Shown: one piece after another, positions 9,163 through 16,682 of the stretch
Layout: every line of letters starts with the position of its first letter
Numbering within the stretch: position 1 is the first letter of the stretch
From: Opitutales bacterium
GTDB lineage: Bacteria > Verrucomicrobiota > Verrucomicrobiia > Opitutales > PNEW01
Length of the DNA: 32,000 nucleotides
Reading direction: 5' to 3'
Assembly: GCA_965219535.1 (NCBI GenBank)
Contig: CBDCNV010000001.1
Location: 390,001 to 422,000 of the forward strand
Position numbers and translations under genes: made by a program
Notes under the pieces: model-generated
What the model was told of the DNA's origin: nothing
Databases searched by the model: none
Seen by the model: the letters and a program-made list of their open reading frames with translations, nothing else

Positions 9163-9275
9163 TGGCTGCCCGGGCAGGATGGACGCTGCGCTTGTGTCGT
9201 CGCTGTCGCTCCTCGGAACGAACCTGCGACAAAGTGGTTAATCCCGACATATATATGTCGGGACTCCACCGCTGA
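9163..9275 (-). other. Rearranged tRNA-Asn 3' fragment (psi-1): tRNA positions from the D-loop to CCA with two insertions and no 5' acceptor strand
   Basis: The minus strand reads ..TCAGCGGTAGAG[TCCCGACATATATATGTCGGGA]TTAACCACTTTGTCGCAGGTTCG[TTCCGAGGAGCGACAGCGACGACACAAGCGCAGCGTCC]ATCCTGCCCGGGCAGCCA. Unbracketed parts are identical to the tRNA-Asn at 9957-10020, except for one substitution in this copy (C at 9267 versus T in psi-2). Confidence 0.85.
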
Positions 9276-9276
9276 A

Positions 9277-9558
9277 TTATATTTCAAACAACTTTCGAAT
9301 GGCTTTTGCAGATTTCCAATTCTTAATTTGTTTTTCCCGTCTCATGGCTGAAGATCTGTCAGACTGAATTTCCCACCAGACAAGAGTCCATGGACCGTTC
9401 TTATGGGTATACTTGCCTAAGTGACTCCTCCCGGACGAATCGGAGTGTTCATAATAGCGTCGTATAAGATTATCAGTATGACCGATGTAGAAGCGTCCCT
9501 TTTCGTTTTTCAATATGTAAACGAAATACTCCACAAGATAAACAATACCCCCCAACAA
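9277..9558 (-). CDS. GIY-YIG nuclease family protein (small COG2827/URI-domain type), copy 1
   Basis: 93-aa ORF reading ...YFVYILKNEKGRFYIGHTDNLIRRYYEH...MRREKQIKNWKSAKAIRKL. It carries the GIY/YIG motifs, the conserved R, and the C-terminal RE..IK.W region of the family. The track start is TTG. An in-frame GTG at codon 9 (giving MEYFVYIL...) is an equally plausible start. Confidence 0.85.
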   Translation of the reverse strand: MLGGIVYLVEYFVYILKNEKGRFYIGHTDNLIRRYYEHSDSSGRSHLGKYTHKNGPWTLVWWEIQSDRSSAMRREKQIKNWKSAKAIRKLFEI

Positions 9559-9559
9559 T

Positions 9560-9672
9560 TGGCTGCCCGGGCAGGATGGACGCTGCGCTTGTGTCGTCGC
9601 TGTCGCTCCTCGGAACGAACCTGCGACAAAGTGGTTAATCCCGACATATATATGTCGGGACTCTACCGCTGA
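9560..9672 (-). other. Rearranged tRNA-Asn 3' fragment (psi-2), same architecture as psi-1
   Basis: 113 nt carrying the same two insertions as 9163-9275. The one difference I saw is T at 9664 versus C at 9267. It begins 1 nt after the stop of GIY-YIG copy 2 and ends 1 nt before the ORF-track start of copy 1. Confidence 0.85.
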
Positions 9673-9673
9673 A

Positions 9674-9955
9674 TTATATTTCGATCAACTTTCGAATGGC
9701 TTTTGCAGATTTCCAATTCTTAATTTGTTTTTCCCGTCTCATGGCTGAAGATCTGTCAGACTGAATTTCCCACCAGACAAGAGTCCATGGACCGTTCTTA
9801 TGGGTATACTTGCCTAAGTGACTCCTCCCGGACGAATCGGAGTGTTCATAATAGCGTCGTATAAGATTATCAGTATGACCGATGTAGAAGCGTCCCTTTT
9901 CGTTTTTCAATATGTAAACGAAATACTCCACAAGATAAACAATACCCCCCAACAC
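9674..9955 (-). CDS. GIY-YIG nuclease family protein, copy 2
   Basis: The protein is identical to copy 1 apart from one residue near the C-terminus (RKLIEI versus RKLFEI). The track start (GTG, complement of 9953-9955) lies 1 nt from the CCA end of tRNA-Asn. Confidence 0.85.
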   Translation of the reverse strand: MLGGIVYLVEYFVYILKNEKGRFYIGHTDNLIRRYYEHSDSSGRSHLGKYTHKNGPWTLVWWEIQSDRSSAMRREKQIKNWKSAKAIRKLIEI

Positions 9956-9956
9956 T

Positions 9957-10031
9957 TGGCTGCCCGGGCAGGATTCGAACCTGCGACAAAGTGGTTAACA
10001 GCCACCTGCTCTACCGCTGAGCTACCAGGCA
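9957..10031 (-). tRNA. tRNA-Asn (anticodon GTT)
   Basis: Hand-folded 75-nt cloverleaf on the minus strand: TGCCTGG TA GCTC AGCGGTA GAGC A GGTGG CTGTTAA CCACT TTGTC GCAGG TTCGAAT CCTGC CCGGGCA G CCA. The acceptor stem has one G-U pair and the CCA is encoded. Confidence 0.9.
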
Positions 10032-10051
10032 TGGGTCGCGAAAAACGATCG

Positions 10052-10081
10052 GAATTACCATCGAAATTGCTGAATTGTCAA
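10052..10081 (-). promoter_or_regulatory. Candidate promoter for tRNA-Asn and the downstream array
   Basis: The minus strand reads TTGACA (10081-10076)-18 nt-TAATTC (10057-10052), with a TG one base upstream of the -10 (extended -10-like). It lies about 20 nt upstream of the tRNA 5' end. Motif-based only. Confidence 0.4.
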
Positions 10082-10164
10082 TCTTAAGGGTAAATACGGT
10101 AAGTTTAGAATGATTGTAAGCCCGTTCTAAGACAATTTAAAAATCCGCCCCCTATTAAATTAAG

Positions 10165-10290
10165 CTTCGTCTTCGTCTGCGTCCTCTTTTACCTTTTCCC
10201 CACCATCTTTCTGTAAACGAATGACTATTTATAAATTATTACTTTTTCATTATTTCGAAAATATCCACAGGGACGAAGACGAAGACGAAG
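10165..10290. repeat. Long inverted repeat with (CTTCGT)n arms, element A
   Basis: Left arm CTTCGTCTTCGTCTGCGTCC (10165-10184) pairs 19/20 with right arm GGGACGAAGACGAAGACGAAG (10270-10290), around about 85 nt of AT-rich sequence. TAAATTAAGCTTC occurs at both 10156-10168 and 10330-10342. Confidence 0.8.
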
Positions 10291-10379
10291 ATATACTGCC
10301 CGTCCCATGCCACTCTTTTAAGCCTCATGTAAATTAAGCTTCCTGTATTTGAGATTTATTGTTAATCGATTCAGTTAGG

Positions 10380-11558
10380 ATGAAAATAACAAAAATTGAA
10401 TCAATCGTTTGCAATGCGCGTATGCGTAACTGGATTTTCGTTAAGGTTTTGACCGATCAACCCGGCCTTTTCGGTTGGGGTGAAGCCACCTTGGAATGGC
10501 ACACGCATGGCGTCATCGGCGCGATTAAAGATCTTTCAACTCTGCTTATCGGAGAAGATCCCCGACGAATCGAACATCTCTGGCAAATGATATACCGTCA
10601 GCATTTCTGGCATGGAAATGGCGCTGTTCGAGGCACAGCAATCAGCGGGATCGATCTCGCGTTATGGGATATCTTAGGAAAACTTAAAGATACCCCTTGT
10701 CACCAGTTGTGGGGTGGACCCGTGCGCGACTATGTCCGCCTTTATTGCCATCTGGGGGGCGGAAAAATGGAAGACTTTTATGAGACAAAACCCCATGACG
10801 CGAAACGTTTCGCCGAGATGGCGCAAGAAGTCGTAGAGGCGGGTTTTACCGCTTTTAAATCAATGGCGGTTCCGGAAACGATGCCCATTGAAGGTCTCAA
10901 GCCCATTCGTTATGCAGAGGCTTGTGTAGGGGCCATGCGCGAGGCGGTGGGCGAGAACATTGACATCATGGTTGACTGCCACGCCCGACCTTCACCACGC
11001 ATGGGTATGCTCTTTGCCAAGGCCCTGGAACCTTACGGGCTGTATTTTTTTGAGGAACCCTGTTGGCCTGAAGTCTACGAGGACATTGGCGCGATCCAAA
11101 GAGCTGTTTCAACCCCAATCGCTACGGGTGAACGGATGATTGGATTACACGCTTTTCGCGATTTATTGGAAGCTCGCGCCTGCAGCATTATTCAACCGGA
11201 TATCACCCACTGTGGAGGTCTGAGTGAAGCGCGTCGAATCGCGAGCCTGGCTGAAGCTTACCGCGTGGCTATGGCACCCCATAATCCACAGGGGCCCGTC
11301 AGCACTGCGGCTTCCCTTGAGCTGGGTTTTGCTACTCCAAGTTATATTATTTGTGAAGCTGTTCATCAGGATGTGCCCTGGCGCGAGGATATTGTTACTT
11401 GGGGATTTGAAATTGAAAAAGAGGGCCGGATCGCGAGGCCGAACACCAAGCCCGGGCTCGGAGTTGAGATCGATGAAGATGAAGTAGCTAAACATCCTTA
11501 TAAGCAGGAATTACTTCAGCGTTCTTTCTACGCAGACGGTGCCGTTGGCGATTGGTAA
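10380..11558 (+). CDS. Enolase-superfamily dehydratase (mandelate racemase/muconate lactonizing family, D-galactonate-dehydratase-like)
   Basis: [10 protein letters not shown]...[20 protein letters not shown]...[14 protein letters not shown]...DCHARPSP...FFEEP...ATGER...[11 protein letters not shown]...APHNP...[10 protein letters not shown] is collinear with DgoD-type enzymes. I chose the ATG at 10380 over the track's TTG at 10359. Confidence 0.8.
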   Translation: MKITKIESIVCNARMRNWIFVKVLTDQPGLFGWGEATLEWHTHGVIGAIKDLSTLLIGEDPRRIEHLWQMIYRQHFWHGNGAVRGTAISGIDLALWDILGKLKDTPCHQLWGGPVRDYVRLYCHLGGGKMEDFYETKPHDAKRFAEMAQEVVEAGFTAFKSMAVPETMPIEGLKPIRYAEACVGAMREAVGENIDIMVDCHARPSPRMGMLFAKALEPYGLYFFEEPCWPEVYEDIGAIQRAVSTPIATGERMIGLHAFRDLLEARACSIIQPDITHCGGLSEARRIASLAEAYRVAMAPHNPQGPVSTAASLELGFATPSYIICEAVHQDVPWREDIVTWGFEIEKEGRIARPNTKPGLGVEIDEDEVAKHPYKQELLQRSFYADGAVGDW

Positions 11559-11747
11559 GCTTTATAGATCGCAATCAAGATACTTAAACACAATTCGTGT
11601 CACATTGCCTTGCTCCTGTCTCTATGTATTGTCGTGGGGGAAACAAGTTTTGGTATTCCGAGTCAAAAGTATTAGAATGAGGGTAGAATGCTTCTTCTTT
11701 CTCGGACTTGCTTTAAGCAACTAACTGCTTCATTATAAAAGAATAAG

Positions 11748-13457
11748 ATGGCATTACAAAAAAGGCATAATTTAAGAATGAAAGGTTATATCCAAGCGAT
11801 AGCGGCAATCGTTTTCACGCTGGGGTTGATTGTATTTAATGCCTCTGTATTTGCTGAGAACGAGGAGAGTAGTGGTAGTAATGATCAGGCTGTAACGGAT
11901 TCGAGCACCGATGATAAAAATAACATGACTATAGAACCGGTGGTTGATTCAGCTGAATCAGTTAACATTGAGCACAAGACTGAAATAGCTAACGGGTTAT
12001 CGGACAACACATCCGACAAGACAGTTGATGAAACAAACGCGGTTTCCCCTTCGATTGACGGGAACGATCAAGAAATTGAATCAAAAGATGAGATTGAATT
12101 GGCGACATCAACCGAGGATTCATTTCACAATGTTTATGTTATACCTATTGAAGGTCCGATTTCAAAACCCATTCATTTCATTCTCCGACGAAGTCTGAAA
12201 GAGGCCATTGATAATGACATCGATGTCTTTGTTCTCGATATGAACACACCCGGTGGAAGAGTCGACATTACCCTGGAGATAATGGATATGCTCGATCGTT
12301 TCGAAGGCGACACGATTACTTATGTGAATGTTGACGCCACTTCAGCGGGAGCATTTATTGCCGCGTCCACGAAGGATATATATTTTGCCCCCAAAGGACA
12401 GATTGGGGCGGCGGCACCGATCATGGCGGGCGGGCAGGAAATTCCCGAGACCGCCAAACTAAAAGTCATGAGTCATTTAAGAGCCAAAATACGCGCTTAT
12501 ACGGGAGAGTACCCCTATCGTGCCGAGGTGGTACGTGCGATGATGGACGAGACTTTCGTTCTTGAAATAGATGAAAAAGTTATCAAGCCCGAGGGCGAGC
12601 TGCTCTCTTTAACCGCGCGCGAAGCGATCGAGGAATATGGCGATCCTCCAAGCCCACTACTCGGTGCGGGTATTGCGGATTCTTTAGAAGACATGCTCAA
12701 CACGAAATATGGAGTGGGTAATCACGCTATTAAAACTTTTGAAATTACCTGGTCCGAATCCCTCGCACAGTATCTTGACATGATAAAACCCGTACTCATG
12801 GGACTCGGACTGATCTGCCTATTCATTGAATTTAAAACACCCAATTTCGGGATTATAGGCGGTATTGGTATCGGTATGCTGCTTATCGTTTTCATCAGTA
12901 ATTACGTGGCCGGGCTTGCCGGACAAGAGGCAGTTCTTTTATTTATCTTAGGGATTATACTTATCGGCGTTGAATTGTTTGTTTTTCCAGGGATGGTGAT
13001 TCCTGCGCTGGTTGGACTAGCTCTGGTTTTTGGTTCACTCATTTGGTCCCTGGCGGATATCTGGCCGGGCAAATCATTTGATCTAAATCCTGAAATTTTC
13101 TGGCCGCCTGTTTATCAACTCGCTCTATCCCTCTCTATAGCCATTTTCGGTGCACTGCTTATCTGGCGGTTTCTCCCTAAATCGTGGGTTTGGGATAAAC
13201 TTATGCTTGCGGGTGGTGTCGCCGCACCCAATCCGCTGACGTCGGGCGGGGGCAGTAGCTTTGACAGCGAGGTAGAGATGCCTTCCGTGGGTTCGCATGG
13301 TGTGGCGATTACCGACTTACACCCTACCGGTCAGGTTGATATTGACGGCAGACGATTTGAGGCCACATTGGGATTTGGAACATTGGATCGTGGCGAGGGC
13401 ATTCAGGTTACCGGACACCAGAATTTTGCTCTCAAAGTGAAAAAGATAGACGTATGA
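11748..13457 (+). CDS. NfeD-family membrane-bound ClpP-class serine protease (long form)
   Basis: 569-aa ORF containing VYVIPIEGPISKPIHFILRRSLKEAIDNDIDVFVLDMNTPGGRVD..., then a block of TM helices and a C-terminal OB-like NfeD domain (GVAITDLHPTGQVDIDGRRFEA). The N-terminal ~120 aa are acidic/Ser-rich low complexity. Confidence 0.8.
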   Translation: MALQKRHNLRMKGYIQAIAAIVFTLGLIVFNASVFAENEESSGSNDQAVTDSSTDDKNNMTIEPVVDSAESVNIEHKTEIANGLSDNTSDKTVDETNAVSPSIDGNDQEIESKDEIELATSTEDSFHNVYVIPIEGPISKPIHFILRRSLKEAIDNDIDVFVLDMNTPGGRVDITLEIMDMLDRFEGDTITYVNVDATSAGAFIAASTKDIYFAPKGQIGAAAPIMAGGQEIPETAKLKVMSHLRAKIRAYTGEYPYRAEVVRAMMDETFVLEIDEKVIKPEGELLSLTAREAIEEYGDPPSPLLGAGIADSLEDMLNTKYGVGNHAIKTFEITWSESLAQYLDMIKPVLMGLGLICLFIEFKTPNFGIIGGIGIGMLLIVFISNYVAGLAGQEAVLLFILGIILIGVELFVFPGMVIPALVGLALVFGSLIWSLADIWPGKSFDLNPEIFWPPVYQLALSLSIAIFGALLIWRFLPKSWVWDKLMLAGGVAAPNPLTSGGGSSFDSEVEMPSVGSHGVAITDLHPTGQVDIDGRRFEATLGFGTLDRGEGIQVTGHQNFALKVKKIDV

Positions 13458-13927
13458 GTTTAATTATTACTTTGATGGCAATTGCCCTGGTCCTCTTCTT
13501 TTTTGAAATAATTGTGCCTGGAGGTATCCTTGCGGTCATTGGGGGCATTCTCATGTTGATCGCCTGTGTAATTGCATACACTGAATTAGGGCCGCTTAGT
13601 GCATTAATCACTTTCTTTGTTGCCCTAGGAATTTCAATCGGAATGTTAATTCTGGAAATTAAAATTTTGCCCAAGACTTCTCTGGGCAAAAAATTTTTTT
13701 TAAAGACCGCCGTTGAGGGAAGCAGTAATATACCTCAAACCGAAGAGAATATTATCGGTAAAAAAGGTGAATCACTAACCACGATGGCACCTACGGGTAA
13801 AATACTGATTGAAGGTAAGGAATATGAGGCTACCACGAATAGCGGTTTGTTCGATGCAGGTACACCAATCGAAGTCGTCAATTATGATAACTATAAAGTG
13901 ATTGTAAAAAAGGCAGTAGTTGACTAG
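13454..13927 (+). CDS. NfeD-family protein (short form: TM helices plus C-terminal OB domain)
   Basis: 157-aa ORF with 2-3 TM helices and then GKKGESLTTMAPTGKILIEGKEYEATTNSGLFDAGTPIEVV. It shares a 4-bp ATGA overlap with the upstream gene. Confidence 0.75.
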   Translation: MSLIITLMAIALVLFFFEIIVPGGILAVIGGILMLIACVIAYTELGPLSALITFFVALGISIGMLILEIKILPKTSLGKKFFLKTAVEGSSNIPQTEENIIGKKGESLTTMAPTGKILIEGKEYEATTNSGLFDAGTPIEVVNYDNYKVIVKKAVVD

Positions 13928-14100
13928 ATATGTGTATTCGATTCGTTCTTTTTCAATTATCGCTTTTCAAGAGGTGTAAAACTTGACAATATTATGACTC
14001 AGACCAGTCAAATTTTAGAAATTATTTTAGTTTTATGATTTAACGCGATATTGTCGCTCAGCATGCTGCTGATTTTTTAACACGATACACAATTAATACT

Positions 14101-15150
14101 ATGCAAATTCCTCTCGCCATTACCTTCCCACAGATCGTTCTCGTTGTCGCGGGAATCTTTCTGCTGGTTGTATTTATTCTAATCATATCCTTCTTTAACG
14201 TGTGGTTGAAGGCGTGGTTATCGGGCGCGCCAGTCAGCATTGCCACCCTGATCGCCATGCGTTTGCGCGGAGTCCCTTACTCTTTAATTGTCGATGCGCG
14301 CATCACCGCAGCCAAAGCGGGTGTTGATATACCGAGTGACGAATTTGAACAGCACTATCTTGCCGGCGGCGACGTCATTCAAACAACCCAAGCGCTTATA
14401 AATTCAATGAAAGCCGGTATTACCATAGACTGGAATCGTGCTTGTGCTATTGATCTCGCCACGAAAGGAAGCGGTAAGTCAGTCATGGAAGCGGTGCGCA
14501 CTTCAATTAATCCTAAGGTTATTGACTGCCCCGCTCCCGAATCCGGACGTGCTACAATTGATGGCGTAGCCAAAGATGGCATCCAGGTAAAAGCGCGAGC
14601 GCGGGTAACGGTGCGAAGTGACCTCGATCATTATGTTGGCAGCGCACAGGAAGAGACAATAATTGCCCGGGTTGGCGAAGGTATTGTTACGACGATTGGG
14701 TCGGCTGATACTTATAAATACGTCCTGGAAAACCCCGATTCGATTTCGAAAAACGTCCTTCAGCGTGGTTTGGATACCGGGACAGCTTTTGAAATTCTAT
14801 CCATCGACATTGCGGATATAGACGTCGGGCAGAATATTGGGGCACAACTGCAGGAAGCCCAGGCTGAGGCGAATAAAAAAGTAGCTCAGGCTCAGGCTGA
14901 AATCCGCCGCGCGGCCGCGGTTGCCGTTGAACAGGAGATGAGTGCCAGAGTTGAAGAAATGCAGGCTAAGCTCGTCGAAGCGCAAGCACAGGTGCCAATG
15001 GCCATGGCTGAAGCCCTTCGCAGCGGTAATTTGGGTGTAATGGATTATTACCGTATGATGAATATCCAGTCAGATACCGAGATGCGCTCTTCCATCGGCC
15101 AGGAAGGTGAAGGCGGAGATGGCGGAGATGGCGGAGATGAAACAACCTAA
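14101..15150 (+). CDS. floA: Flotillin-like protein FloA (SPFH domain, UPF0365/YqfA family)
   Basis: 349-aa ORF with an N-terminal TM segment, then [25 protein letters not shown]...AKAGVDI...[10 protein letters not shown], which closely matches the pattern of Bacillus FloA/YqfA. The position downstream of NfeD genes is the conserved arrangement. Confidence 0.85.
   Translation: MQIPLAITFPQIVLVVAGIFLLVVFILIISFFNVWLKAWLSGAPVSIATLIAMRLRGVPYSLIVDARITAAKAGVDIPSDEFEQHYLAGGDVIQTTQALINSMKAGITIDWNRACAIDLATKGSGKSVMEAVRTSINPKVIDCPAPESGRATIDGVAKDGIQVKARARVTVRSDLDHYVGSAQEETIIARVGEGIVTTIGSADTYKYVLENPDSISKNVLQRGLDTGTAFEILSIDIADIDVGQNIGAQLQEAQAEANKKVAQAQAEIRRAAAVAVEQEMSARVEEMQAKLVEAQAQVPMAMAEALRSGNLGVMDYYRMMNIQSDTEMRSSIGQEGEGGDGGDGGDETT
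15112..15138 (+). repeat. In-frame 9-bp tandem repeat (GGCGGAGAT)x3 at the floA 3' end
   Basis: Three perfect copies encode GGD-GGD-GGD in the acidic C-terminal tail. Confidence 0.9.
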
Positions 15151-15185
15151 AAGCTGATTATTTCCGGCGTCCTACGGAGTCGATT

Positions 15186-15791
15186 ATGGATACTAATTGG
15201 ATTGAATATTTACTGCCGATTATTTTCTTCGTTTTATACGGAATAAGTAAGATATTTGGCAAAGGTGATAAGCAAGAAGTTGATGCTCCCGCATCTCCTC
15301 CGGTTGATATTGGTGAACAACAAAGGAGAATACAGGAGGAGATTCGGCGAAGAATAGCGGAACGTCGAGCAGAGGCTACACCTGCTCAATCGACCCAAAC
15401 GTTGAAACCCGAGCCCCCGAAAATTGACCGCCCAGCCCCACCGCGAGCACCTTTTAGAGAGCCAGAGCTTGATGTGCCTCAAGTTGCCCAGCAGAAAATG
15501 CCAGACCCCGCTGTTCTGGATATGCAGCAGCAATTGGCTGAACAGATGGAGCGTTTGCGTGATGCAAACAAAAAATCGGATTCTTTAAGTCAATCGATAC
15601 GCCGGGTGGCGAAAAAAGACGATTTTGCGATAGCGACGAAACGCGGTAATCGGAGCCATTTTCGCAATGAAATCACCTCGATGCTTAATGATGCGCAGAG
15701 TGCAAAAAAGGCGTTTCTCTATTCGGAGATTTTCGGTGTGCCCATGGGTCAACGTAAACAGAGCGTCTTTGCTCCTCTTATTGATCAATAA
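15186..15791 (+). CDS. Hypothetical membrane-anchored Pro/Gln/Arg-rich protein (last gene of the NfeD-FloA cluster)
   Basis: 201-aa ORF with one N-terminal TM helix (YLLPIIFFVLYGISKIF) followed by low-complexity charged/Pro-rich sequence. I recognise no family. Confidence 0.45.
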   Translation: MDTNWIEYLLPIIFFVLYGISKIFGKGDKQEVDAPASPPVDIGEQQRRIQEEIRRRIAERRAEATPAQSTQTLKPEPPKIDRPAPPRAPFREPELDVPQVAQQKMPDPAVLDMQQQLAEQMERLRDANKKSDSLSQSIRRVAKKDDFAIATKRGNRSHFRNEITSMLNDAQSAKKAFLYSEIFGVPMGQRKQSVFAPLIDQ

Positions 15792-15856
15792 TCATTCGCA
15801 CTTTAACACAAGGCGAAGATGTATAATACGGTTTCTCTGGATAAGGGAACGTGATT

Positions 15857-16660
15857 TTAATCCAGGATTCGGCTGTTTATCCCCGTAACGCCCATCTTGA
15901 AATTCTTCCCGTCTTTCTCAACAACAACGTTTTCGCCTTCGGTAAAACTGATTTTTATCGGACCGATCTTGGTAAGTGACACGGATTCCCCTTCTGCTAA
16001 CGTTCCGCTATAGAGCCGCTTTCGATCAATTCGCTGTTCGACGATAACAGTTACATCATCTAAAGCGATAATCTTGATTTGCTCTTCATCCATAGGGGCG
16101 ACTTCATCGAAAGTTTCATTCGTGCCCTCGGTTATTGAGCCCTCTCTTAATTCAGGGTTTATTTCCGGTACATCATCTGAGATAATAAGGTTTACGAGCA
16201 CGATAATGATAAAAACGAGAAGAAATGTACCGCCGAATACCATCGCAACTTTATAGTAAAGATCCCGGTCAATAGAACTTTTATAAACGCTTGTCGTGTT
16301 GATCTGGCGGTCGTCCGGTTTCGGTAGATCATCCTCGTCAGGTGATCGTTGTGGCTCAACGGCGACCTTATCCGATAAATTCATTTGCCCAAGATACTCG
16401 CGCGATTCGGGTCTTACTTGCTGCGTATTTCGCAATTGCATCGCGGTGAAATCGGTTAAGATATTATCTGCATCAAGATTTAAAAATGATGAATAATTTC
16501 GTAAAAACCCGCGTATGTAGACATCCGGTAGAATATACTCAGTCTCATTATTCTCCATCCCGTGAAGTATATCACCACGAATCTTTGTAATCTCCGCTGC
16601 TTCACGCAATGATATCCCTTTGCGTTTGCGAGCTTCTTCTAATCTTTCTCCGATAGTCAT
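15857..16660 (-). CDS. rodZ: RodZ-like cytoskeleton protein (XRE-type HTH + TM + DUF4115-like C-terminus)
   Basis: MTIGERLEEARKRKGISLREAAEITKIRGDILHGMENNE is the RodZ-type HTH. It is followed by a central TM helix (VAMVFGGTFLLVFIIIVLVNLII) and a beta-rich C-terminal domain. Confidence 0.65.
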   Translation of the reverse strand: MTIGERLEEARKRKGISLREAAEITKIRGDILHGMENNETEYILPDVYIRGFLRNYSSFLNLDADNILTDFTAMQLRNTQQVRPESREYLGQMNLSDKVAVEPQRSPDEDDLPKPDDRQINTTSVYKSSIDRDLYYKVAMVFGGTFLLVFIIIVLVNLIISDDVPEINPELREGSITEGTNETFDEVAPMDEEQIKIIALDDVTVIVEQRIDRKRLYSGTLAEGESVSLTKIGPIKISFTEGENVVVEKDGKNFKMGVTGINSRILD

Positions 16661-16682
16661 AAATGCTGATTAATGATTGTTT

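Noticed and set aside
9560-9672. psi-tRNA as a functional intron-containing tRNA.
   Set aside because: There is no 5' acceptor strand (TGCCTGG) or 5' D-stem upstream of the fragment. The anticodon GTT and the 5' anticodon stem are replaced. The inserts are far too short for group I introns.
9163-10031. Could the regularly spaced repeats be a CRISPR array?
   Set aside because: The period is 397 bp and the 'spacers' are two near-identical protein-coding units. The repeats are tRNA-derived, no cas genes are present, and there is no short repeat/unique spacer alternation.
9163-10031. A classical integrase-mediated genomic island inserted at tRNA-Asn, with attL/attR being a duplicated tRNA 3' end.
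   Set aside because: No integrase, recombinase or excisionase gene lies anywhere near. The 'island' would be only a 282-nt ORF, and the duplicated tRNA segments carry internal insertions rather than being a simple contiguous att core.
9421-10087. Plus-strand ORFs 9421-9672 (83 aa) and 9818-10087 (89 aa) overlapping the GIY-YIG genes and the tRNA.
   Set aside because: They are antisense shadows of a well-supported GIY-YIG frame and run through tRNA and tRNA-like sequence. They show no family resemblance.
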